Below, piece by piece: positions 1-9,043 of a DNA stretch of 64,000 nt. The notes under the pieces are model-generated. The model ran no database searches, was not told the DNA's origin, and saw only the letters and a list, made by a program, of their open reading frames with translations. The position numbers and the translations under genes are program-made. The stretch spans positions 33,626 to 97,625 of the forward strand of contig DASXQT010000077.1 in the NCBI GenBank assembly GCA_036507005.1, written 5' to 3'. Source of the stretch: Candidatus Eiseniibacteriota bacterium. GTDB taxonomy: Bacteria > Eisenbacteria > RBG-16-71-46. How positions within the stretch are numbered: the first letter of the stretch is position 1; each line of letters begins with the position of its first letter.

Positions 1-230
1 GCGTAGTTCCGCGCATGGCTCGTGCGCAGCCTGGGCATAGGCCCTGTCATTTCGCGAGATGGGGTCGCAAGCTGGATCGCCCGCGGTTTTCGCGGCCCAG
101 ACCCGGGCGTGTCAGATTCACTGACGGGGTCGGGCATAGTTTGGGCATAGTTTCGGTACATAGTGGCCCTGTTGGTCGGTCATTTCTGGTCAGGGCCGTT
201 TTGCAACCGATTGCCGCGCTGCAAGTTATT

Positions 231-306
231 TGGAGCTGGTGACCGGAATCGAACCGGTGACCCCGTCATTACGAGTGACGTGCTCTACCAGCTGAGCTAC
301 ACCAGC
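231..306 (-). tRNA. tRNA-Thr (anticodon CGT), 76 nt including encoded CCA
   Basis: Reverse complement folds as a canonical cloverleaf: acceptor GCTGGTG/CACCAGC, D-arm GCTC-AGCTGGTA-GAGC, anticodon stem CGTCA/TGACG with loop CTCGTAA, T-arm ACCGG-TTCGATT-CCGGT, discriminator T plus CCA. Confidence 0.93.
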
Positions 307-337
307 TCTTCAACCTGTGCGTGACGCCTCGCTTTTC

Positions 338-387
338 GGGTAGAGCACATCACTCGGGACGTGCTCCACCACCTGAGATACACCAGC
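338..387 (-). pseudogene. Degenerate tRNA-derived fragment (partial D-arm and 5' acceptor half) between the two tRNA genes
   Basis: Segment ...acgtgctccaccacctgagatacaccagc closely mirrors the tRNA-Thr 5' half ...acgtgctctaccagctgagctacaccagc. It is preceded by ggtagagcac in opposite orientation, which can form a hairpin (gagcac/gtgctc). No complete cloverleaf. Confidence 0.5.
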
Positions 388-453
388 TCCGCGGCGGGCG
401 GGAGCGAAGGGGCCGGCGCGCTGGCGCGGGGCGCCCGCTCTCCTCCTCCAAGA

Positions 454-529
454 TGGTGCGACCCCCCAGAATCGAACTGGGGACACCGTGATTTTCAGTC
501 ACGTGCTCTACCAACTGAGCTAGGGTCGC
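454..529 (-). tRNA. tRNA-Phe (anticodon GAA), 76 nt including encoded CCA
   Basis: Reverse complement: acceptor GCGACCC/GGGTCGC, D-arm GCTC-AGTTGGTA-GAGC, anticodon stem CGTGA/TCACG with loop CTGAAAA, T-arm CCCAG-TTCGATT-CTGGG, discriminator A plus CCA. Confidence 0.93.
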
Positions 530-709
530 ACGAAAACTCATCGCGGCCGCGCGCGGCGCGGCGTCGGCCGAGGCGTGAGCCGAGGAGTAACACGCTGCCG
601 GAAGGGGCGTCAAACGCGGCCCGCACGGCTGCGGGCGGCGCTCAGTGAGGGCCGCCACGCCGCGCTCGCGGCGGTGCGCGCCTCGGCGCCGGATCGGCTC
701 CCGCGCCGC

Positions 710-2608
710 CTAGCGCCCGGGCGAGCTGGTGCGGCGGTCGCTGCGGCTCGCGCGCCGGTCGCGGCCGATGCGGCGGCGGTCCTGGTTGTCGGGCACCGGG
801 AGCGTGATCGAGAGCACGGTGCTCCACTCGCCCTCGCTCCGCAGCCGGATCTCTCCGCCGTGCTCGCGCACCAGCTGCTGCGCGACCGCGAGCCCCGAGC
901 CGTTCCCGCCGACCCGCGAGCTGGCGAAGGGCTCGAACAGCTCCTCGAGCATGTCGCCCGGGCGGTGGAGTCCGTCGTGGGCGATCTCGACCACCACGTA
1001 CTCGCCGACCTTGCGCGACTCGACCCGGATGCGGCCGCCGACCGCGACCAGGTCCAGGATGCGCTCGATGATGTTCTGCAACACGCGCCGCAGGCGCTGG
1101 GCGTCGAGCAGGAGAGGCGGGAGGTCGGGCGAGAGCTTCTTCAGCAGCCGGATGCGACGCCTCACCAGGGTCTCACCGCAGGTCTGAAGGGTCTCCTGCA
1201 CCAGGGCGTTCAGGCTCTCGACCTTGAGGCACGGGGGCTCGGGGGCGGCGAGCTCGAACGACTCGCGGATCCGCTTCTCGAGGCGCTCGGCCTCGCGGAT
1301 CACCACCTCGAGGTGCTCGCGGTGGGGATCCTCCTCCTTGAGGTCGCGGTGCGCGCGGCGCGCGAACGCCACGATCGAAGCCAGGGGATTGCGGGCCTCC
1401 TCGGCCACCCGCGTGGCCAGCTCGCCGACCGCCGCGAGGCGGTCCTGGCGGCGCGCGCGCGCCTTGAGCTCGCGGCGCTCCTGCTCGCCGGCGCGCTGGC
1501 TCTCGAAGCGCTGGGCCTGGTCGACCGCGAGGGCCGCGAGGTCGGAGATCAGCTCCAGGAACTCGCGGTCGGCGGCGTCGAACCCTTGCGGTTCCGCGGC
1601 CGGGCCCGCGATGCGCCCGTAGACCGCGATCACGCCCAGCGTCCGCCCGTAGGCGGCCAGGGGATGCAGCGCGAGCGGTGCGACCGCGCCCGCGATCTCG
1701 GCGGGCACCAGCGGCTCCTCGCGCGGATCGTCGATCGCCGTGGCGCGGCCCGCGGTTACGACCTGCTGGGCCAGGGCCTGGAGCGCGCGGCCCAGGGTCT
1801 CGCGCTCACCGCCCGGGCCGTGCGTGATCTCGAGACGCGGTGCCAAGCCGGGCGGAACGAGCCACAGGGCACCCCCGCTCGCCCCGGTGCCGCGGCAGGC
1901 GGCGCGCAGCGCCACGCGCAGCGCCTCGGCGAGGTTGAGCGCGGAGAGGATCGCGCGCTCGAGCTCGGCGACCGCCGCGATCTGCTCGGCCCTGCGCCGC
2001 GACTCGGCGACCCGCGCCAGCGAGTCCAAGCCCGCGGCCGCGATCTGCCTCAAGCCTTCGAGCGCCCCGGGACGCTGGGCCGCGCGATCGTCGCCCTCCC
2101 ACTCGCCCACCAGCAGCGCGTGCGGCAGCACGCCGCGATGGATCACGGCCGCCCCGCGGGCCGGTGCTCCCCACGGCCGCCCTCCCGCCTCGCCCGCGCC
2201 GAGGGCGATGCCGCCCCGCGACCAGGCGGCGGAGGAGACGCTGTCGAGCCGCGCCGCGTCGATCGAGCCCGCGAAGGCATCGAGCGCGCCGTTCGCCGCG
2301 GAGGTCGCCGACGACCCGCGCACCTGTTGCACGCACTCGGAAAGCGGAATCGGCGCGGCCGGGCCGATCGCCCAGCGCACCTGCGAGAGCCGGTCGCGCT
2401 CCGCGTCCCAGCGCAGCAGCCAGGCGCGCGCGAACCCTGCGCCTTCGGGGTGGACCGCGGCGGCCAGCAGCAGCTCCTCGACCTCGTCCACGCTGCGCGC
2501 CCGCTCGATCAGGCGCAGGAGCGTGGCGCCAGCGCTCAGGGAGCCTGGCGACCCCGCGTACGCCATCGAACCCGCGGGCGCCGGGCTCCCGGGCGAAAAC
2601 CACTCCAT
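710..2608 (-). CDS. GAF-domain sensor histidine kinase
   Basis: ORF 710..2785, trimmed to ATG (MEWFSPG...) at 2606-2608 with GGAGG Shine-Dalgarno upstream. GAF-like N-terminal region, HisKA-like segment (ELATRVAEEARNPLASI), C-terminal HATPase_c motifs (HDGLHRPGD...GGNGSGLAVAQQLVREHGGEI). Confidence 0.8.
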   Translation of the reverse strand: MEWFSPGSPAPAGSMAYAGSPGSLSAGATLLRLIERARSVDEVEELLLAAAVHPEGAGFARAWLLRWDAERDRLSQVRWAIGPAAPIPLSECVQQVRGSSATSAANGALDAFAGSIDAARLDSVSSAAWSRGGIALGAGEAGGRPWGAPARGAAVIHRGVLPHALLVGEWEGDDRAAQRPGALEGLRQIAAAGLDSLARVAESRRRAEQIAAVAELERAILSALNLAEALRVALRAACRGTGASGGALWLVPPGLAPRLEITHGPGGERETLGRALQALAQQVVTAGRATAIDDPREEPLVPAEIAGAVAPLALHPLAAYGRTLGVIAVYGRIAGPAAEPQGFDAADREFLELISDLAALAVDQAQRFESQRAGEQERRELKARARRQDRLAAVGELATRVAEEARNPLASIVAFARRAHRDLKEEDPHREHLEVVIREAERLEKRIRESFELAAPEPPCLKVESLNALVQETLQTCGETLVRRRIRLLKKLSPDLPPLLLDAQRLRRVLQNIIERILDLVAVGGRIRVESRKVGEYVVVEIAHDGLHRPGDMLEELFEPFASSRVGGNGSGLAVAQQLVREHGGEIRLRSEGEWSTVLSITLPVPDNQDRRRIGRDRRASRSDRRTSSPGR

Positions 2609-2749
2609 CGAACCTCCGAGCCTAAAGCCTCTCCAGCACTGCCTCGCGCCAGTTGATGGGCAATCGGCGTGCCACGCAATCCGGCGCCCCGGGGCCACCC
2701 GAGCGCCCGCCGCGGGAGCGGGCGGACTCCGCATAAGTCGCCTACGCGC

Positions 2750-2779
2750 TTGACCCTGTACCGACTTCGCGCCTAACGT
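2750..2779 (+). promoter_or_regulatory. Candidate sigma-70-like promoter (TTGACC-N18-TAACGT) for the DUF3467/GH57 operon
   Basis: TTGACC at 2750-2755 and TAACGT at 2774-2779 with an 18-nt spacer, about 70 nt upstream of the plus-strand start at 2848, in the divergent intergenic region with the kinase. Confidence 0.25.
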
Positions 2780-2847
2780 TCCCATGCGCGGCCAGGCTCT
2801 CTCGATCGCCGCGGCCGGCGGCGGATTGGGTGAGAACCGGAGGCGCG

Positions 2848-3156
2848 GTGGAAAAAAGCCAAGTTCAGGGGCAGCAGCAGATCCAGGTCGAGCTGGGCGA
2901 GAAGGAAGCCGAGGGCATCTATTCCAATGTGGTGTTCATCGCCCACTCGCCCTCCGAGGTGATCCTCGACTTCGCCCGCGCGCTCCCGGGGCTCCCCAAG
3001 GCCAAGGTCTACGCGCGCGTGATCCTCACCCCCCAGCACGCCAAGTCGCTGCTCATGGCGCTCGAGCAGAACCTCAAGAACTTCGAGACCCAGTTCGGCT
3101 CGATCAAGCTGCCCGGCGAGCCGCCGCGCGGAAAGGAGATGGGGTTCAAGTCCTGA
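2848..3156 (+). CDS. DUF3467-family small protein
   Basis: ORF 2830..3156 trimmed to GTG at 2848 (GGAGG-cgcg-GTG). Core VELGEKEAEGIYSNVVFIAHSPSEVILDF is typical of DUF3467. Stop overlaps the GH57 start (TGAcATG). Confidence 0.65.
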   Translation: MEKSQVQGQQQIQVELGEKEAEGIYSNVVFIAHSPSEVILDFARALPGLPKAKVYARVILTPQHAKSLLMALEQNLKNFETQFGSIKLPGEPPRGKEMGFKS

Positions 3157-3157
3157 C

Positions 3158-4909
3158 ATGGCCGCCGGCAACTTCACCATCGTCCTGCACTCGCACCTGC
3201 CCTGGGTGCTGCACCACGGCCGCTGGCCGCACGGCGTCGACTGGCTGAACGAGGCCGCGGCCGAAACCTACCTGCCGCTGTGGCGCGCCCTGAACGAGCG
3301 CGCGGGAAACGGCGCGCCGCGACCGGGCGCGCGCGGCGGCGGCGCCTCGGGCGCGCTCGGCATCACGCTCGGGCTCTCCCCGGTGCTGTGCGAGCAGCTC
3401 GCCCACCCCGACTTCCACCGCGAGTTCCTCTCCTACCTGGAGCAGAAGATCGCGGCGGCGGTCGAGGATCGAAAGACCTTCACCCGCACCGGCGAGGGCG
3501 CGATGGGCGCCCTGGCCCAGCGCTGGGAGCAGTTCTACCGCTCGACCCTCGAGGACTTCATGGGGCCCGAGGGGCCGAACCTGGTGCAGCGCTTCCGCCG
3601 GCTCGAGGAGCAGGGGGCGATCGAGATCGTGACCTGCGGCGCCACCCACGGCTACCTGCCGCTGCTCGGGCGCGAGTCGGCGGTCGAGGGCCAGGTGCGG
3701 GTGGCGCGCACCACGCATCGCCGCCACTTCGGGCGCGACCCGCGCGGCATCTGGCTCCCCGAGTGCGCCTACCGGCCGGCCGGACCCTGGACCTCGCCGC
3801 TCGATCCGGGCGCGAGGCCGCAGCCCCGGCGCGGGGTCGAGGAGGTGCTCGCCGCCCACGGCCTCGGCTACTTCTTCGTCGACCGCCACCTGCTGAGCGG
3901 CGGCCGGCCGCTCGGAGTCTACGCCGACCGGTTCGAGGCCCTGCGCCACGTGGTGCGCGAGAACGGCGGCACCACGCCCGCGGCCGAGCACCCGCCCTAT
4001 CGCCCCTACCGGGTGGGGAACGCGGCAAAGGTCGCGTGCTTCGGGCGCGACTCCCATACCGCGATCCAGGTGTGGAGCGGCGAGCACGGCTATCCGGGCT
4101 CTCCGCCCTATCTCGACTTCCACAAGAAGCGCTTCCCGGGCGGCCACCGTTACTGGTCGGTCACCCATCCCAAGGCCGACCTGGCGCACAAGACCATCTA
4201 CCGCCCGGCGGAGGCCGAGGCCCTGGCGCCCGAGCACGCCGCGCACTTCCTGAGCCTGGTCGAGCAGGTGGCGCGCGATGCCGCCGCCCGCCAGAGCGAT
4301 CCGCCGGTGGTGTGCGCGATGTACGACGCCGAGCTGTTCGGCCACTGGTGGTTCGAGGGGCCGCGCTTCCTCGCCGCGGTGATCGACCGCGCGCGCGGAT
4401 CGGCGGTCTCGCCCGTGACCGCGGGCGAGTACCTCGAGCGCCACCCGCCGCGCGAGGTGGTGGCGCTCCCCGAGGGCTCGTGGGGGGAGGGCGGCGGCCA
4501 CGACGTGTGGATGAACGACGCCACGCGCTGGACCTGGGGCCCGGTGCACGCCGCCGAGGCGCGCTTCGAGGCGATCGCCTCGCGCGGCGTCCAGGCGGCG
4601 GACGAGCCGCTCCTCTCCCGCCTGCTCGCCCAGCTCGGCCGCGAGCAGATGCTGCTCGAGGCCTCGGACTGGCAGTTCCTGATCACCACCTTCGCGGCCC
4701 GCGACTACGCCGAGCTCCGGGTGAGCCAGCACGCCGCGGACTTCGAGCGCCTCGCGCTGCTGGCCGAGCGCCGGCTCGAGGGCGGAGCCGTGGGCGAGTC
4801 GGACGAGCAGTTCCTCGCCGAGTGCGAGGCGCGCGACTCGCTGTTCCCGGACTTCGACTGGCGCGGCTACGCGACGCCGGCCGCCGCGGGAGCGATCGCG
4901 GCGGGATAG
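3158..4909 (+). CDS. GH57-family 1,4-alpha-glucan branching enzyme (DUF1957 C-terminal region)
   Basis: 583-aa ORF. N-terminus NFTIVLHSHLPWV with catalytic-region motifs (GAIEIVTCGATHGYLPLL, AMYDAELFGHWWFEGP) is characteristic of GH57 branching enzymes. Lys/Phe/Tyr/Trp usage rules out high-GC read-through. Confidence 0.85.
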   Translation: MAAGNFTIVLHSHLPWVLHHGRWPHGVDWLNEAAAETYLPLWRALNERAGNGAPRPGARGGGASGALGITLGLSPVLCEQLAHPDFHREFLSYLEQKIAAAVEDRKTFTRTGEGAMGALAQRWEQFYRSTLEDFMGPEGPNLVQRFRRLEEQGAIEIVTCGATHGYLPLLGRESAVEGQVRVARTTHRRHFGRDPRGIWLPECAYRPAGPWTSPLDPGARPQPRRGVEEVLAAHGLGYFFVDRHLLSGGRPLGVYADRFEALRHVVRENGGTTPAAEHPPYRPYRVGNAAKVACFGRDSHTAIQVWSGEHGYPGSPPYLDFHKKRFPGGHRYWSVTHPKADLAHKTIYRPAEAEALAPEHAAHFLSLVEQVARDAAARQSDPPVVCAMYDAELFGHWWFEGPRFLAAVIDRARGSAVSPVTAGEYLERHPPREVVALPEGSWGEGGGHDVWMNDATRWTWGPVHAAEARFEAIASRGVQAADEPLLSRLLAQLGREQMLLEASDWQFLITTFAARDYAELRVSQHAADFERLALLAERRLEGGAVGESDEQFLAECEARDSLFPDFDWRGYATPAAAGAIAAG

Positions 4910-4937
4910 GGCGCCGATCGGCCGGCCGTGGCGATCG

Positions 4938-5354
4938 CTAGGTTCTTTCCACGCGCGGCGCGCGCTCGAGCAGGGCCTGGAGCTCGGCCGGGGCGCGGCC
5001 GGGCCGGCCGTCCTCTCCGAGGAAGCAGTGCTCGGTGTGGCCTTCGGCGAGCAGCTCGCCGTCCGCCTCGCGCACCACGCGGTACTCGAACCGCACCGTG
5101 GCGCGGCTGAGCCGGGCGACCGCGGTCTCGATCGCGATCAGGTCGTCGTAGAGCGCGGGCTTGCGATACCGGCAGCTCGCTTCCACCACCGGGAGCGCCG
5201 TGCCCGACTCCTCGACCGCGTGGTAGGTAGTGCCGAGCGAGCGCAGCATCTCGGCGCGTCCGATCTCGAACCAGCGGAGGTAGTTCGCGTAGTAGGCGAA
5301 GCCCATGCGGTCGGTGTCGGCGTAGCGCACCCGGATCGGGAAGCGGTGCATCAT
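4938..5354 (-). CDS. Acyl-CoA thioesterase, 4HBT/YbgC-like hotdog fold
   Basis: ORF 4938..5558 trimmed to MMHRFPIRVRYADTDRMGFAYYANYLRWFEIGRAEMLR (ATG 5352-5354), a typical YbgC/4HBT N-terminus. Start overlaps the stop of the upstream acyltransferase (ATGA). Confidence 0.8.
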   Translation of the reverse strand: MMHRFPIRVRYADTDRMGFAYYANYLRWFEIGRAEMLRSLGTTYHAVEESGTALPVVEASCRYRKPALYDDLIAIETAVARLSRATVRFEYRVVREADGELLAEGHTEHCFLGEDGRPGRAPAELQALLERAPRVERT

Positions 5355-6266
5355 GCGGTGCGCTCCATCGCGGCGGCTGTGGCCGGCTGCGCCTCCGGAC
5401 GCGGCGCGGTCTTCCAGCGGCGGTGGAGCCAGAACCACATCTCGGGGCGCTTCCTCACCCAGGCCTCGAGGCGCGCGGCGTGGAGCGCCGTGAGGCGCTC
5501 GACCGCATCGCGTGCCGCGGGGTCCGCGATCCGCAGCGGCGGCTCGACGTCGAGGCACATCCGGCCGTCAGGCTCGCGGGTCACGAAGCCCATGACGATG
5601 GGCGCGCCCGACCCGAGCGCGATGCGCGCCGGCCCGGTCGCGGTGCTCGCGGGACGGCCCAGGAAGGGGACGAACACGCCGTGGCGGCGCGCGTCCTGGT
5701 CCGCCACCATCGCCACCCAGCGGCGCGAGCGCAGCGCCTGGTAGACCCGGCGGATCCCGCGGTCGGCGGAGATCGTGCCCAGGCCGGCGCTCGAGCGCTC
5801 GCGCGCGATCAGCGCCTCCACCCCGGGATTGCCGAGCGGCCGCACCACGACGTCCACCGGATGGATCGCGCCGAGATGCGCCGCCAACAGCTCGAAGCTG
5901 CCGAAGTGGCCGGTGAGCAGGATCGCGCCGCGGCCGCGCACGGCCTCGAGGTGCTCCTCGCCCCGCACGGCGGCAACCACCCGTCCGCGCGGCGCGCGCG
6001 CCAGCTCCGCGAGCCGGGAGTACTCGACCGTCACCCGCCCCAGCTCGCGATAGTGCGCGCGCAGGATGGCGTCACGCTCTCCCGCCCCGCGCTCCGGGAA
6101 GGCGCGCGCCAGGTTCTCCTCCGCCACGCGCCGCCTCAGACCGAGCGCGCGCGCGAGGTCGCCGAGCGTGGCACCGGCGGCGAGCGAGCGCTCCCACGAC
6201 AACGCGCGCACGCCGCCCGCGAGGGCGCGGCACAGCAGCGTCTCGAACGCGTGCGAGGGCTTCACG
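5351..6266 (-). CDS. Lysophospholipid/lipid A acyltransferase (LpxL/HtrB-like LPLAT family)
   Basis: C-terminal 304 aa of ORF 5351..7912: ...LLTGHFGSFELLAAHLGAIHPVDVVVRPLGNPGVEALIARERSSAGLGTI...WVAMVADQDARRHGVFVPFLGRPASTATGPARIALGSGAPIV matches the lauroyl/myristoyl acyltransferase fold. Proposed GTG start at 6264-6266 overlaps the DprA stop (GTGA). Confidence 0.7.
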
Positions 6267-7173
6267 CCACGGTCCCCGCCGGACGCGACCAGCGCTGGCC
6301 GGGATGCACCGCCGCGGCGCCCGCCCACTCGAGCGCGAGGAGCGCGGCGAGCGCGCGACCGATCGGGAGCCCGGCGGCCTCGGCCAGCGCTTCCACGGCG
6401 AGCGGCTGTTCCGCGAGCGCGGCGGCGAGCCGTGCCTCGTCGCTGGCGCCCGCGCCGGCGGAGGCGGGGACGACGCGCAGCACGTCGGCGGCACTCTCGC
6501 AGAACGCGGCGCCGGCGCGCAGCAGGGCGTTGCAGCCGCGGCTGGTCGGCCGGTCCACGTCGCCGGGCACCGCGAGCAGCGGGCGCAGGAGCCTTCGCGC
6601 CGCGGCCGCGGTGCTCAGCGCCCCGCTCCGCTCGGCGGCCTCGACCACGACCGTGGCCTGCGCAAGTGCTGCGATCAGGCGGTTGCGGCGCACGAACAGG
6701 CCGCGCCGCGCGGGATAGGCTCCGGGCCACTCGGACAGCAGCGCGCCGCGCCGCGCGATGCGGTCGGCGAGCCCGGCGTGGGCGGGCGGCGTGATCGCCG
6801 AGATCCCGCCCGGGAGCACGGCGATCGTGATGCCGCCCGCTTCGAGCGCCCCGCGATGGGCCGCGGCGTCGATCCCGCGTGCCAGCCCGCTCACGATCAC
6901 GACGCCGAGGCGCGCGAGGTCGGCGGCGATCCGCTCCGCCCGCTCGAGCCCGTAGGGCGTCGCGGCGCGCGATCCCACGATCGCGACCGCCGTGGACCCG
7001 GCGGGGAGCGCGCCGCGCACGAAGATCTCGGGTGGCGGGTCGGCGAGATCGAGCAGCCGCGCGGGATAGTCCGCGGCGCCGCGGGCGATCGAGCGCACGC
7101 CGGGCTCCGGCGCCGCGCCTGCGTGCTCGCGGACCATCGCGCCGCGCGCACCTTCGCCGGGCCGCGCTTCCAC
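6262..7173 (-). CDS. dprA: DNA processing protein DprA (Smf)
   Basis: ORF 6262..7173. Rossmann-like DprA core IVSGLARGIDAAAHRGALEAGGITIAVLPGGI...LFVRRNRLIAALAQATVVVEAAERSGALSTA. GTG start immediately follows the upstream stop. Confidence 0.85.
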   Translation of the reverse strand: MEARPGEGARGAMVREHAGAAPEPGVRSIARGAADYPARLLDLADPPPEIFVRGALPAGSTAVAIVGSRAATPYGLERAERIAADLARLGVVIVSGLARGIDAAAHRGALEAGGITIAVLPGGISAITPPAHAGLADRIARRGALLSEWPGAYPARRGLFVRRNRLIAALAQATVVVEAAERSGALSTAAAARRLLRPLLAVPGDVDRPTSRGCNALLRAGAAFCESAADVLRVVPASAGAGASDEARLAAALAEQPLAVEALAEAAGLPIGRALAALLALEWAGAAAVHPGQRWSRPAGTVA

Positions 7174-8043
7174 TCAGCTCCCCGGCGGCGGCTCTTGCGC
7201 CGGCGCGGCGGGCGAGGCGGGAGATTCGGGGCTCCCGGGCGCTGCGGGCGACGCGGCTTCCGGCTTTGCCACGGGCGGCTTCGCGCTCGCGGGCGCGGGG
7301 GCGCTCTCGGAGGGAGCCGGCGTCTTGGCACTCGCCGGGCTCGCCTTCGGCTTGGCGCTTGCAGGCGTCGCGGGCGGCTGTGCCGCGGGCGGCTTTCCGC
7401 TCGCCGGCGCCTTGGCACCCGCACCCGACTTCGCCGCCGGTGGCGCGGCGGGCGTCTTCCCCGCATCGCTCGCGGGCGCGCCTTCGCCCGGGTCCACGAG
7501 CCGGTCGGGATCCGCGGCTTCCATGAGATCGACGTCGCCGAACATTCGCTCCAGGCTCTTCGCGAGCGCGCGGTCCTTGTCCGCGATCTCCGCCAGGCGC
7601 CGCCTGCGGCGCTCGGGCGGCAGCCGGTGGAGCGCGTGGGCGACGCGCGACGAGCCGCGCTGGCGCGCGACCGCCAGCACCGCCTCGCGCGCCGCAAGCG
7701 CCACCGACGCGTTGGGATCGTCGCACAGCGCGACCAGCGACGGTACCGCCGGGCGGTACCCGAGGCGGCCGAGCAGCCGCGCGGCGCTCAGGCGCGTGTA
7801 CCACAGGCCGCCCTGGAGCAGCGGCAGCAGCTCTCCCACCTGCTCCACGCCCATGCGGAAGAAGGCCTGCTCGGCGAGATCGCGCAGGAACCAGGACTCG
7901 TCGCACAGGCACTCGACCAGGAGCGAGAGCGCCTCGGGGTCGCGCCGCTGCTCGAGGCCGCGCACGTACTCGCGCTTGGCCGTGAGGCCGCGCGCGTTCA
8001 GCGCGTCGAGTGGCCGGCCCGCCCCGTAGTTCTCGTCAGACAT
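7174..8043 (-). CDS. HEAT-repeat protein with Pro/Ala/Lys-rich low-complexity C-terminal tail
   Basis: ORF 7174..8043 (MSDENYG...). HEAT/PBS-lyase-like repeats (LLVECLCDESWFLRDLAEQAFFRMG; ARLLGRLGYRPAVPSLVALCDDPNASVALAAREAV), then about 90 aa of PAAKSGAGAKAPASGKPPAAQPPATPASAKPKASPASAKTPAPS... Confidence 0.6.
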   Translation of the reverse strand: MSDENYGAGRPLDALNARGLTAKREYVRGLEQRRDPEALSLLVECLCDESWFLRDLAEQAFFRMGVEQVGELLPLLQGGLWYTRLSAARLLGRLGYRPAVPSLVALCDDPNASVALAAREAVLAVARQRGSSRVAHALHRLPPERRRRRLAEIADKDRALAKSLERMFGDVDLMEAADPDRLVDPGEGAPASDAGKTPAAPPAAKSGAGAKAPASGKPPAAQPPATPASAKPKASPASAKTPAPSESAPAPASAKPPVAKPEAASPAAPGSPESPASPAAPAQEPPPGS

Positions 8044-9043
8044 GGAGGGCGTCCTCGCCGGCCGGGGCCGGCGCGATCAGCTTCCACATGGACTCGAGCA
8101 GGACGCCGATCCCCTCGCCGCTCTGGGCGCTGATCAGGTGCGCGTCCGGAAGCCCCGCCTCCGCGGCCGCGGAGGCGCGACGCTCGGGCGCGATCAGGTC
8201 CGCCTTGGTGAGCGCGACGAGCCGCGGCTTGGCGAGCAGCGCCGGGCTGTAGCTCTCGAGCTCGCGCTCGATCGCCGCCAGCTCGTCGCGCGGGTGCGGG
8301 CCGGTCACGTCCACCAGCAGGACGAGCGCGCGGGTGCGCTCCACGTGGCGCAGGAACTGGAGGCCGAGCCCCTTGCCCAGGTGTGCGCCCTCGATCAGTC
8401 CGGGCAGGTCGGCGGCCACGAACTGCCGCTCCGGGTCCAGCGCGACGATTCCCAGATGTGGCTCCAGCGTGGTGAACGGAAAGTCCGCGATGCGCGGCCG
8501 GGCACGGGAGACGCGGGCGAGCAGCGTCGACTTGCCGGCGTTGGGCGGCCCCACGAATCCGACGTCGGCGATGAGCTTGAGCTCGAGGACCAGCCAGCGC
8601 TCCGTGCCCGGCTCGCCGGGCTCCGCGCGCCGCGGGGCCTGATGGGTCGACGTTGCGAAGCGCGCGTTGCCGCGCCCGCCCCGGCCTCCGCGCGCGGCGA
8701 GGAAGCGCTCGCCCGCCCGCACCAGGTCCGCCACCACCTCCCCGCTGTCCGCGTCCCGCACCTCGGTGCCCGCGGGCATCGGCACCACGAGATCCGCGCC
8801 GTCCTTGCCGGTGCGCTGGTTCCCGGAGCCCGCACCGCCGCTTTTCGCAAGGTATCGGGGCTTCTCGCGGCAGTCAAGAAGCGTGCGCGCGTGCGGGCTC
8901 GCCTCGAGCCACACGCTGCCGCCGTGCCCGCCGTCGCCGCCGTCCGGCCCGCCGCGCGGCACGTACTTCTCGCGCCGGAAGCTCACGCAGCCCGCTCCGC
9001 CGCGTCCGGCGATCACGTGAATGCGCGCCCAGTCGACCAGCAT
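8036..9043 (-). CDS. obg: GTPase Obg/CgtA
   Basis: C-terminal 335 aa of ORF 8036..10555 from ATG at 9041-9043: Obg fold N-terminus MLVDWARIHVIAGRGGAGCVSFRREKYVPRGGPDGGDGGHGGSVWL, G1 GFVGPPNAGKSTLL, G3 DLPGLIEGA, G4 TKADL. Confidence 0.93.
   Translation of the reverse strand: MLVDWARIHVIAGRGGAGCVSFRREKYVPRGGPDGGDGGHGGSVWLEASPHARTLLDCREKPRYLAKSGGAGSGNQRTGKDGADLVVPMPAGTEVRDADSGEVVADLVRAGERFLAARGGRGGRGNARFATSTHQAPRRAEPGEPGTERWLVLELKLIADVGFVGPPNAGKSTLLARVSRARPRIADFPFTTLEPHLGIVALDPERQFVAADLPGLIEGAHLGKGLGLQFLRHVERTRALVLLVDVTGPHPRDELAAIERELESYSPALLAKPRLVALTKADLIAPERRASAAAEAGLPDAHLISAQSGEGIGVLLESMWKLIAPAPAGEDALHV

Noticed and set aside
575-2656. 693-aa plus-strand ORF
   Set aside because: Antisense to the GAF histidine kinase. 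Arg/Ala/Gly/Pro-rich composition with no motifs is typical of spurious open frames in >70% GC DNA.
4910-4937. Possible bidirectional terminator between the convergent GH57 and thioesterase genes
   Set aside because: Only a weak, imperfect inverted repeat (gcgccgatcggcc…gcgatcgc) with no U-tract; not convincing.
3280-4941. 553-aa plus-strand ORF in an alternative frame of the GH57 gene
   Set aside because: Frame +1 of a well-supported GH57 CDS; Arg/Pro/Gly low-complexity translation.
5351-7912. 853-aa minus-strand ORF treated as one gene
   Set aside because: Only its C-terminal 304 aa (acyltransferase) is credible. The N-terminal 550 aa overlap dprA and the HEAT-protein gene in another frame and are Arg-rich filler.
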